Virus record (IMG/VR): IMGVR_UViG_3300020385_000023
Span: 1-41,327 of that record
Length of the DNA stretch: 41,327 nt
Reading direction: 5' to 3' (one strand)
Source of the DNA: a virus
Taxonomy: Duplodnaviria > Caudoviricetes
Within the stretch, counting starts at the first letter, position 1. Each line of letters begins with the position of its first letter. Both the position numbers and the translations under genes were made by a program. Below, piece after piece: positions 25,960 through 33,581 of the stretch. Below the pieces are notes generated by a model, which searched no databases, was not told the origin of the DNA, and saw nothing but the letters and a program-made list of their open reading frames with translations.

Positions 25960-26193
25960 ATGAGGCTTCAAGACTGGATCAAATCGTTGGGTTTCGGGGG
26001 CCAAAGCTGGGTCGCTCGAAGCATTAACGTGAGTCCAAAAACTGTAAATGAGTGGTTTCATCTGCGCCGATCGCCGAAGTCCAAAAGCCGAAACCGTCTT
26101 CGTCGCCTATCGGGCGGCAAGGTCGATTTCAGTCTGTTCGATTTGGAATACGAACAAAAACAAGCGGAACGAGAGGCAGAGAGGGCAGCATGA
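25960..26193 (+). CDS. Cro-like HTH protein
   Basis: MRLQDWI...QSWVARSINVSPKTVNEW...R.P.....L..LSGGKV motif; AAGGA Shine-Dalgarno. Confidence 0.85.
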   Translation: MRLQDWIKSLGFGGQSWVARSINVSPKTVNEWFHLRRSPKSKSRNRLRRLSGGKVDFSLFDLEYEQKQAEREAERAA

Positions 26194-26612
26194 TACTAAT
26201 GGCGTTGATCGGAGAATGTGAAAGTGAAGCGGACAGCTTCCACTTTGCGATGACTCACGAACTGGGGCCGTCAAAGGTGCGCCGCGTGTACGTGGGTTTC
26301 GTCTCGGACATGACCGAACGCCTTCGTCGCCTTCGCTTAGAAGCCACCGCCCGTTTGTCGGATGAGTTTGTCACTTTGGTTGTGGGCGTGAATACCCCGC
26401 AAGAAGTGGCGGAGCTGCGCAGCATGGGCGCGTTTATTTGCCATCAACACGGGGCAATGGGCGGCATTTATGACGACATCGCCATCCAGTCGCATGATTT
26501 GGTGATCTCATCCAAAGCCGACCGCCCGAGCCATGCCCTGGACGCGTTAGAAGCCTATTCCGAATGTTACGTTCGCCGCCGTGAAATGCGCAAAACTCAG
26601 GGGGCCGCATGA
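26190..26612 (+). CDS. Hypothetical protein
   Basis: ATGA-coupled to cro. Confidence 0.75.
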   Translation: MILMALIGECESEADSFHFAMTHELGPSKVRRVYVGFVSDMTERLRRLRLEATARLSDEFVTLVVGVNTPQEVAELRSMGAFICHQHGAMGGIYDDIAIQSHDLVISSKADRPSHALDALEAYSECYVRRREMRKTQGAA

Positions 26613-26839
26613 GTTTAACCCGTGGCGCCGCCCAGCTTTGCCAACGTCCGGTGTTTCACCGTTTTTTAGCCTGGCTATGCCATGCCTCGATCGCCAGCCA
26701 TGAGCAAGCGGCCGAGGCGCTGCGTCGCCATTTGAACATTGCTTCGCGCCGTGAGCTGGACCAAAGCCCAGAAGCGGCCGAGCGTTATCGCTACCTGATA
26801 CGTCAGTTTAACGATTGGATGAGTTGGGGGAACCAATGA
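26609..26839 (+). CDS. Conserved phage hypothetical protein
   Basis: ATGA coupling; IASRRELD motif. Confidence 0.75.
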   Translation: MSLTRGAAQLCQRPVFHRFLAWLCHASIASHEQAAEALRRHLNIASRRELDQSPEAAERYRYLIRQFNDWMSWGNQ

Positions 26840-27045
26840 GCAAGAAATCGAACACCTTAGTCGTGCGTGATGAGCGCGACGCCGAAAGTCAGTTAAAAGC
26901 CCTATACGGCAAATCACCGATGCGCGCCGGGTGCAATGCGACCCATGTGTTTTGGTACGTCGGTAAGAAACGCGCCTCGATGTCGCGTCGCAGTACCCAC
27001 CGAGACGGGAACAATCAACCGCTGTACATGGTTGGAGTGGAATAA
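26836..27045 (+). CDS. Hypothetical protein
   Basis: ATGA coupling. Confidence 0.7.
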   Translation: MSKKSNTLVVRDERDAESQLKALYGKSPMRAGCNATHVFWYVGKKRASMSRRSTHRDGNNQPLYMVGVE

Positions 27046-27047
27046 CC

Positions 27048-27428
27048 ATGAACCGCTGGGACGAGATCTTCGACCAATGGGCGCGCTGGGTTCACAGTGG
27101 CGCCCTCGTACCTGGCGGACAGTCCATATTAGGCAAGCTGATCGAGAGTCATGGGGTGATCACCTACGGCGGGGGCAAAGGACCTGTTTTAGATTGCATC
27201 GAGGCCGATGTTGAGGCGGCGGTGTTACGTTTGGCGGCACAGGATCAGGTCGCGGCGGATGTCTTTCGTGTCGAATATGGCGCGCTTGGCCATCCGGCGG
27301 ATATGACCCAGTTGAAACGTGCTCACCGATTGCAGATCAGCTTGCCAACCTATAAACGCCGCTTGAAGTCGGCGCGTGAATTTATCGTTAACCAAGTCAG
27401 AGCTAAGAGGGGAATGGGCCATGTATAA
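27048..27428 (+). CDS. Q-like late antiterminator
   Basis: WARW...VEAAVL.L...EY...A.RL.IS..TYKRRL..A pattern; located in the early right operon. Confidence 0.7.
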   Translation: MNRWDEIFDQWARWVHSGALVPGGQSILGKLIESHGVITYGGGKGPVLDCIEADVEAAVLRLAAQDQVAADVFRVEYGALGHPADMTQLKRAHRLQISLPTYKRRLKSAREFIVNQVRAKRGMGHV

Positions 27429-27588
27429 GACCTCCGATCCGCGTCACTTTCATAATCATAAATTCAAAGAGCGCGAACGCACCGTGCCGATCGTCGATGT
27501 GAACATGAACAAAGTGGACACCCGTCGCCGCATTGAGGACATCGAAGCCAAAATCGCGGCCAATCGTGAGGATCCCCTCTATGGCTAA
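27421..27588 (+). CDS. Small hypothetical protein
   Basis: Overlap-coupled; RRRIEDIE motif. Confidence 0.65.
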   Translation: MYKTSDPRHFHNHKFKERERTVPIVDVNMNKVDTRRRIEDIEAKIAANREDPLYG

Positions 27589-27748
27589 ATCGTGGTGGTG
27601 TCATGCCTTAGTCGTCGCCTTGTTGCTTTGGGGCTTTGGCACTGACCCGGCGTTCGGTCCCCGTGTGGCCGTCTTGACCGTGTTGTTTTATTTGGTGGGG
27701 ATCTTGGCGGGTTTAGTGACTGCAAGATATAAAGAATTAACGAATTAA
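27581..27748 (+). CDS. Small two-TM membrane protein (55 aa)
   Basis: GAGGA Shine-Dalgarno; two hydrophobic segments. Confidence 0.65.
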   Translation: MAKSWWCHALVVALLLWGFGTDPAFGPRVAVLTVLFYLVGILAGLVTARYKELTN

Positions 27749-27753
27749 AGAAA
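27730..27753 (+). repeat. Octamer array F: TAAAGAAT-TAACGAAT-TAAAGAAA
   Basis: Three tandem consensus copies. Confidence 0.8.
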
Positions 27754-27836
27754 ATGAAAGAGCTGTTATTATTGGGCGTCAGTCTTCCCGCCGCGTATGC
27801 GTTGTTCGGTTGGCTGGCACCCTAAGCGGGGCCAGA

Positions 27837-29078
27837 ATGAAAACCAACGTCATCACCTTTTCAGAGCGAAACCTTAAAGCCGAGCAAGCCAAAGACGCGC
27901 GAACCTTGCGTGAATCGGGCTTGCCGCTGCGCTTTCGCTTCCATCAAAACCGCCAGTCGGGATCGTGGTACGTGGTACGCCGGGATAAATGGCATCTGCT
28001 CGGTTACTGGCCCGTGCTGACCGTCTCGGCCGTGAAAAAAGTCTTACCCGAAAAACTCGCCCTGTTGGCGGTCAATGGTCAATCGAACCTCTTACACACC
28101 GAGTTTGAAACCGTGGGCGATGTGCTGACCTGGTATCAAGGCCGCATCGAGAAAGACGCGCACCGCTCCAAAGAACGCAAAGCCACGATCCGCAGTGCGA
28201 TTAAATGCCATCTGCAGCCGCATTTAGGCGAGTTGGCCATCGAAGCGTTAAACCGTCAAACCTTAGACGATGCGCTGATCTGGCCGCTGCAGGAAAACCA
28301 CTCCCTGGCGAGCGTGAAATCGGTGCTATCGGTCCTTAAGCAAGCCTTTAAACAAGCGGAAAAGCTCGAACGCATAGACCATAACCCATTGGCGGGCGTG
28401 GTGTTCTCTGATTTCATCACGACTCAAATCCAGCCCAAAGACGGCCGTTTGTTTGCCAATCACATCGAACCTTTGTTCCAAGCCTTATCAGGGCGTGACC
28501 GCGTCACTCAGTGTTTGGTGGTGATGCTGCTCGCCTTTGGCACTCGGATAGGGGAAACCTTGGCCGCTAAGTGGCGCGACATCGACATGAACAATCGTCA
28601 ATGGCGCTTACCCATGACCGACACCAAAACCGGCGACTGGCACGTTCTGCCGATCACCGACCTGTTGGCCGACTGGTTAGCGCATTATCGAGCTTGGCAA
28701 CTTGAACAGGGCTATCGCGGGGTGTTTCTGTTCCCAGGTCATGCACACGCTAAGCCACTCAGTTACACCACCTCAAGAAAACACATTCAGCAAGTGAGTG
28801 AGGGACAGTGGAGCGCCCACGATTGCCGAAAAGCCTTAAAGACCATTTGCACCGACTTAGGCATTGATCATTCCGTCAGTGAACGACTGTTAAACCACGC
28901 CCAAAGCAAGATGGACAAAGCCTATAACCAATCGCTGTTCATGGGCCCAATGCGTGACGCCTTAGCGCAATATCACGCCTGGTTAGACGCACGAGGATTC
29001 AACGCCTTACGCGCCGAGACAGAGACGAGATCGACAAGATCATTCAACACCGCCGAGTTCAGAGAGTGCGCGGCGTGA
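27837..29078 (+). CDS. Tyrosine recombinase / integrase
   Basis: Catalytic R (GTRIGE), K (TKT), HxxR (HDCR), H (LNH) and Y (AYN) all present. Confidence 0.92.
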   Translation: MKTNVITFSERNLKAEQAKDARTLRESGLPLRFRFHQNRQSGSWYVVRRDKWHLLGYWPVLTVSAVKKVLPEKLALLAVNGQSNLLHTEFETVGDVLTWYQGRIEKDAHRSKERKATIRSAIKCHLQPHLGELAIEALNRQTLDDALIWPLQENHSLASVKSVLSVLKQAFKQAEKLERIDHNPLAGVVFSDFITTQIQPKDGRLFANHIEPLFQALSGRDRVTQCLVVMLLAFGTRIGETLAAKWRDIDMNNRQWRLPMTDTKTGDWHVLPITDLLADWLAHYRAWQLEQGYRGVFLFPGHAHAKPLSYTTSRKHIQQVSEGQWSAHDCRKALKTICTDLGIDHSVSERLLNHAQSKMDKAYNQSLFMGPMRDALAQYHAWLDARGFNALRAETETRSTRSFNTAEFRECAA

Positions 29079-29117
29079 GCCAGTAACGCGACCATCTATC
29101 ACAGAGGAATAAACAAC

Positions 29118-29330
29118 ATGGAAAAAATCATTCTCAAGAAGCGCCTGACCCGAGTCATTGAAGTGGCTATTCACCAACAAAGACTATGGGCGTGCGGTGC
29201 TGATAACCCACTGATTGATAAGGAGTTGAGGCGCCATGATAGCCACCCCGTAGCCCTCCGTCTTCGTCAAGAACCAGGGGACCCTGGGCGAAATATTAGT
29301 AACCACGGGTGGGAGGCCCGCGGTATTTGA
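29118..29330 (+). CDS. Hypothetical protein
   Basis: Good GAGGA Shine-Dalgarno; the 3' part overlaps a possible packaging signal. Confidence 0.5.
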   Translation: MEKIILKKRLTRVIEVAIHQQRLWACGADNPLIDKELRRHDSHPVALRLRQEPGDPGRNISNHGWEARGI

Positions 29331-29440
29331 GAAATTTTCGGATCGCCTATGCGCCGTCAGCACTCTCGCCAGATCCCTGACGAAACCCAGACGCCGCAAG
29401 GCTTCACCGCTGCCGAAATGATCCTTTGTTACTGGAATGA

Positions 29441-29608
29441 ATGTCGATGCGATACATGAACATTACCCAAATAGCCATCACGTTCGACCTAAGTCGCGAC
29501 ACGGTAAGAAAGCGCCTTAGGGCGGCGAACGTCAAAGCGTCGATGAAAGGTCGCAAGCGTGAAGATCTGTATGACATGGCCCAGGTGGGTCCTGCATTAT
29601 TCAATTAG
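29441..29608 (+). CDS. Mini-TerS: 55-aa paralogue of the terminase small subunit DNA-binding domain (not in ORF track)
   Basis: NITQIAITFDLSRDTVRKRLR...DLYDMAQVGPALF; 27/48 identities to the TerS N-terminus by manual alignment. Confidence 0.85.
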   Translation: MSMRYMNITQIAITFDLSRDTVRKRLRAANVKASMKGRKREDLYDMAQVGPALFN

Positions 29609-29644
29609 CCACTATTCACCCGTAGGGTGATTAAGGAAATAACA

Positions 29645-30310
29645 ATGAGCAAAGAAACAGGGTTTACAACAAAGCGTTATCTGACGGCCGCGGAGTGTTT
29701 GGCGGCGCATTGGGAAATTTCAGTCGAAGAACTGAACGAAAGTGAGTTCGGTGCTTTGGATGGACAAGGCGGATCGGTTGAGGGATTGTCGGCGGTCGAT
29801 ATGCTCGAAGGGATCGAACTACAGAAAGTGTGGGGCTTTGTGGGTAATGATAAGTGTATTCATTACTGGGCGCATCCAAACGCTGATTTGTCGATGGTGG
29901 TACATTTCTTTGCGCATGAGATGGGACATCAAACCGGCGAACCATTAAGTGATCATCTGGCGGAAGAACTTCGCGCCGAAGACTTTGGCCACGTTGCTCG
30001 CCATGCTTTAGATTTTGCCGTCCAGGCACTGAATGAGTCGCAAGGAAAATCGGTTTTGATGAGCCGAGAAAATCCCACCGGTTGGAAGTTGGAATCGTTG
30101 GCTGAAAAGCTACGCACTGAAATCAATAGCAAGTCACTCAATATCGCGTCGGATCCCTCTTTTGAGGCGCAGCTCGTTACAAACAACAACTTTCAGATCG
30201 TCGGGCTATTGATGCAAATCGAAGCCCTGCAGCGTGAATCAATGGTCATCATGTCCCAACTTGGTCCTGATAATGGTCCAACGGGTAAGGCTCGTTTAGG
30301 GGGGAAATGA
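29645..30310 (+). CDS. Hypothetical two-domain protein with HExxH motif
   Basis: AAGGA Shine-Dalgarno; FAHEMGH...EELRAE; helical C-terminal domain. Confidence 0.75.
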   Translation: MSKETGFTTKRYLTAAECLAAHWEISVEELNESEFGALDGQGGSVEGLSAVDMLEGIELQKVWGFVGNDKCIHYWAHPNADLSMVVHFFAHEMGHQTGEPLSDHLAEELRAEDFGHVARHALDFAVQALNESQGKSVLMSRENPTGWKLESLAEKLRTEINSKSLNIASDPSFEAQLVTNNNFQIVGLLMQIEALQRESMVIMSQLGPDNGPTGKARLGGK

Positions 30311-30606
30311 TGGAACAAATCATCGATGCAATTAAAAAGCGTGCCTGGCGTTCTTTGCTGGGTGCATTGAAAGAAGCCGGGATCGATAGCTTTAAAGTGG
30401 CGACCCGAGTCGTTATTAAATGCCTTTTGACGTTTTGTTTGATGTATGTCGGCGGTTGGTCGCTAGGGGTTGGCGTCTTTCATGGTGTGAATGCGGCATT
30501 AGGTTTAAAAACGTGGTCGGGTGGCTATCAATATATCGAGTTTGACGTTAAGCCGATCACCGTTGTTTTGGAGTCTGATCTCGATGAAAGCCAACCGAAC
30601 GGATGA
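30307..30606 (+). CDS. Hypothetical membrane protein
   Basis: ATGA coupling; hydrophobic segment. Confidence 0.7.
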   Translation: MMEQIIDAIKKRAWRSLLGALKEAGIDSFKVATRVVIKCLLTFCLMYVGGWSLGVGVFHGVNAALGLKTWSGGYQYIEFDVKPITVVLESDLDESQPNG

Positions 30607-30949
30607 AACCCGGGCCAAAGAAGCAGCTCGAAAACGCAAGTCACGCGAGAACGCGGCCAAACGTCGCGAATCATTGGGGTTAGAGCGGGTTGAGATTGAG
30701 CTGTCCAAAAAAGTCCGTGATGAACTCGAAACCTTGCGTCATGCTCGCGCCCTGAGTGGTGAGCCTTATTCTGTGGCCGAGTATATCAGCGAATTGATTT
30801 TGAATGATGCGCAGCGTTACCAGGAACAAGTGGCCGCGCTGGGTTGTTGTGGGAAGTGTAAATCCCAATTACCTCAAGGATGCGAAGGACTGTTCGACGG
30901 CGATAGCGAATGTTGGCGCACCCGAAAAAGTAAGGAACTGATGTTATGA
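30584..30949 (+). CDS. Basic protein with C-terminal Cys cluster (putative DNA/zinc binding)
   Basis: ARKRKSR and CCGKC...C...ECW motifs; GGAG Shine-Dalgarno. Confidence 0.75.
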   Translation: MKANRTDETRAKEAARKRKSRENAAKRRESLGLERVEIELSKKVRDELETLRHARALSGEPYSVAEYISELILNDAQRYQEQVAALGCCGKCKSQLPQGCEGLFDGDSECWRTRKSKELML

Positions 30950-31170
30950 GATTAAGCCATAAGCGAAAAGTGGCCCACAAAAAAGGGTTGTACCGTTTGC
31001 CTTGTACGATGGTTCGTCAGATAGAGGAAAAGATTGCGAAGAAACTCTCTGAGGCGCATCAATCGGTAACATTGGAAATTAATGTTCCAGGTGGTGAAGT
31101 GGGCGTGATTGACCGTGCGGTTAATGCCTTTAAGCGCCTCGCGGGTGCCTTTAGAATTAAGGCGGCTTAG
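30946..31170 (+). CDS. Hypothetical protein
   Basis: ATGA coupling. Confidence 0.7.
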   Translation: MRLSHKRKVAHKKGLYRLPCTMVRQIEEKIAKKLSEAHQSVTLEINVPGGEVGVIDRAVNAFKRLAGAFRIKAA

Positions 31171-31230
31171 CTGTGACGGGTCACATTAAATTAAAAGCTT
31201 AAAACGGGACAAGTCACAATAAAAAACAAG

Positions 31231-31294
31231 AAAACAACTTATCGAAATATTTTTACAACTTTAAGTTGTTTTTTCTGAGCTATTAGTTTATTGT
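31231..31294 (+). promoter_or_regulatory. Putative late promoter (TTGTTT-N17-TATTGT) with an 11-bp inverted repeat
   Basis: aaaacaactta (31231-31241) / taagttgtttt (31262-31272); AT-rich gap before the lysis genes. Confidence 0.5.
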
Positions 31295-31389
31295 TTTTTA
31301 TAACGTGGTTTTAGTGCGTCCAGAGCGACCCATTAAACCCGCCTAGCCAACTGACGTTGTTAGTGAACCCCAATTTATTCACAGATATA

Positions 31390-31421
31390 AGCCAGCCGTT
31401 CTTTGCGGTTGGCTTTTTTTT
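31390..31421 (+). terminator. tR'-like terminator gating the late operon
   Basis: agccagccg...cggttggct plus a T tract directly before the holin gene. Confidence 0.8.
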
Positions 31422-31718
31422 ATGCCTATGCAAAAAGTCCTAAATACTGTTTCAGAGTGGAAAGGGCGCCTTATCGCATACGGTGGCGGAACTGGCGTTT
31501 CGGCGTTCAGTGCAAAATCGACCGCTAAGGCGCAAGAGCTTTCCGAACACGCTGCCGCCCAAGCGGTAGACATCTTGTCTTTGTATATCTTTCCTGGCGT
31601 CACTGTTGGCGCTGCAATAACCATTGTTGGCGCGCTCGTCGTGGTGTTACGTCTGATCTTCGATGTTTGGAAATACTTCGATCAGCGAAAACGCCAACCC
31701 TTAAATGAGGGCGTTTAA
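31422..31718 (+). CDS. Putative holin
   Basis: TM segment plus basic C-terminal tail; first gene of the lysis cassette; two Met starts (MPM). Confidence 0.6.
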   Translation: MPMQKVLNTVSEWKGRLIAYGGGTGVSAFSAKSTAKAQELSEHAAAQAVDILSLYIFPGVTVGAAITIVGALVVVLRLIFDVWKYFDQRKRQPLNEGV

Positions 31719-31933
31719 TGTTCCAAGTTACTTTGTTCAATTTGCTTTATCTCGTGGTGGCGCTGATCACGGTGTTTTTGGCGCTGCGTATTCGTGATTG
31801 GCTTTCAAAGGTGAAATTCCGTGAAGAAGTTATCCCGAAAATCAAAAGCGACCCGCTTAGCAGTGCAATTTATTACGGTTTGTGGGCTTTCGGGGCTTGT
31901 TATCTTGCCGGCGCAATGTTGGGCGTCGGCTGA
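31718..31933 (+). CDS. Two-TM lysis-associated protein (holin/antiholin candidate)
   Basis: Two hydrophobic helices; GAGG Shine-Dalgarno. Confidence 0.65.
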   Translation: MFQVTLFNLLYLVVALITVFLALRIRDWLSKVKFREEVIPKIKSDPLSSAIYYGLWAFGACYLAGAMLGVG

Positions 31934-32435
31934 CAAGTACGACGGTCAAATCCAATCTGCGTGGCGCCGTTATGTCCCCGAGTATGACTGGGGGCTCGGT
32001 TGGGCGCAGTTATGGCAAGAGTCCAGGCTAAACCCTAACGCCGTGAGTCCAGTGGGCGCCGCGGGTGTTGGTCAGTTTATGCCGGGCACTTGGTCTGATA
32101 TGCAAAAACAGGGCGTGGTTCCCGATGGGGTTAGTCCTCGGGATGCTCGTTTTAGCATTCAGGCCGCTGCGTATTACATGCGTCAAAATCTGGATGGTTG
32201 GAACGCTAACGGTCGAACCGCTGGCAGCCATTACGATTTAGCCGCCGCCGGTTACAACGCGGGCCGCGGTCATTTGTATAAAGCGCAACGTTTATGTAAT
32301 GGCGCGATGGAGTACGACGGGATCATCGCTTGCTTACCTGATGTTACGGGTAGGCACTCGGCCGAAACCATCGATTACGTGAACAAAATCCATCACTGGT
32401 ACGAAAAGCGATTCGGGGTGTCCTTATGGTGGTAA
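31821..32435 (+). CDS. Endolysin, SLT lytic transglycosylase (start GTG 31821 or 31863)
   Basis: QES..NP.AVSPVGA.G.GQFMP.TW, YNAG and ET.DYV motifs. Confidence 0.92.
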   Translation: MKKLSRKSKATRLAVQFITVCGLSGLVILPAQCWASADKYDGQIQSAWRRYVPEYDWGLGWAQLWQESRLNPNAVSPVGAAGVGQFMPGTWSDMQKQGVVPDGVSPRDARFSIQAAAYYMRQNLDGWNANGRTAGSHYDLAAAGYNAGRGHLYKAQRLCNGAMEYDGIIACLPDVTGRHSAETIDYVNKIHHWYEKRFGVSLWW

Positions 32436-32803
32436 ACAAAATTCGTCTGTTCCTGGCGGTTGGCGTATTAGCCGCCGGGGCTGTTTTGCTGTGGCGGCTG
32501 GATACAGTCACCGACGAACGCGACAAAGCGAACGTTCGGGTCGGCCAGCTAGAGCAAAGCAATGATCAACTAATCGCCGATCTGGAAGCGCAGCGCCTAA
32601 AAACGCATGAGCTGAAAAGCAGCTACCAGATGGAACAATCCAAGGTTGCTGCGCTAGTCGAAGATTTAGAGCGCGCCAACCAAGAGAAAAGCCAACGACA
32701 AAAGGCCGCGTATGAAGCAGCAAACCAATCTGATTGTGGCATCGAGCCTTTGCCTGATGAGCTTATCCGGTTGCGCCGTGAGCGAACCGCCGCCCGTCAT
32801 TAA
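32426..32803 (+). CDS. i-spanin (Rz-like)
   Basis: N-terminal TM, coiled coil and C-terminal C..PLPD. Confidence 0.85.
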   Translation: MVVNKIRLFLAVGVLAAGAVLLWRLDTVTDERDKANVRVGQLEQSNDQLIADLEAQRLKTHELKSSYQMEQSKVAALVEDLERANQEKSQRQKAAYEAANQSDCGIEPLPDELIRLRRERTAARH

Positions 32804-33008
32804 AACCGAAATCATTTATCGAACGCCGCCCAAGGCTTACACCGTGGGCTGTTTTGTTCCGCCGTTTACCGGCACAACGTGGGCGGATTTAGCCGCGGAC
32901 AACGACGCGTTGATCTCGGTGATTGAGTCCTGTGATAAGCGATTCCAATTAATTCGAGCTTGGGAACATTCGCAGCCTAAGCCAACCGAACCCGATCCGA
33001 AGCAATAG
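32712..33008 (+). CDS. o-spanin (Rz1-like lipoprotein)
   Basis: LSGC lipobox; Pro-rich; overlaps Rz in another frame. Confidence 0.85.
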   Translation: MKQQTNLIVASSLCLMSLSGCAVSEPPPVIKTEIIYRTPPKAYTVGCFVPPFTGTTWADLAADNDALISVIESCDKRFQLIRAWEHSQPKPTEPDPKQ

Positions 33009-33077
33009 GGGACCACATACACGATATTAGCTGATGCCCTTCACGCTTCGGGTCGTCCTAATCAATGAGGTGTTTTT

Positions 33078-33581
33078 GTGGGAACAGTGAGTTCAATCAA
33101 TGACGCCTATGCCTGGAACATTACCCGAATCGCTGAGGCGTTTGGTCTGCATCGAGACACGATCAGAAAACGCCTTCGCGAAAATCAAGTTAAGCCCATC
33201 GGTAAAAAATCCGGCGTAGACGTTTACGCCCTTGCTGATGTGGGTCCGGCTCTGTTTTCTGCCGAAGCGGGAAACAAAACCGAGGATGATTACAACCCGA
33301 ACAAGATGGCGCCCAAAGACCGGAAAGACTTTTTCCAGTCCGAACGTGAACGCCTCAAGTTTCAAGCCGAGATTGGCGAGTTGATCCCCGAGGGGGATTA
33401 TCGCGACGATTTTTCGGAAGTGATGAAATCGGTGGTCAGTTTCTTTGAGTCTTTACCGGACAATATGGAGCGGACCCGGTTATTCACACCGGACCAACTC
33501 GACCAGCTCGAAAAGCAAAGCGATAGCCTACGGAGTCGTTTGTATCATAAGCTGTTAGAGGTACAGACGGATGCAAGTTAA
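33078..33581 (+). CDS. Terminase small subunit (DUF1441-like)
   Basis: N-terminal HTH plus M.PKDRKD.FQSE.ERLK...G.LIP; precedes TerL. Confidence 0.9.
   Translation: MGTVSSINDAYAWNITRIAEAFGLHRDTIRKRLRENQVKPIGKKSGVDVYALADVGPALFSAEAGNKTEDDYNPNKMAPKDRKDFFQSERERLKFQAEIGELIPEGDYRDDFSEVMKSVVSFFESLPDNMERTRLFTPDQLDQLEKQSDSLRSRLYHKLLEVQTDAS

Noticed and set aside
28495-28507. GTGACCGCGTCAC as a matS site
   Set aside because: A single copy inside the integrase CDS that deviates from the RNY core; may be chance
33006-33062. Stem-loop upstream of terS as an ncRNA
   Set aside because: Short imperfect stem with no recognisable family or independent promoter
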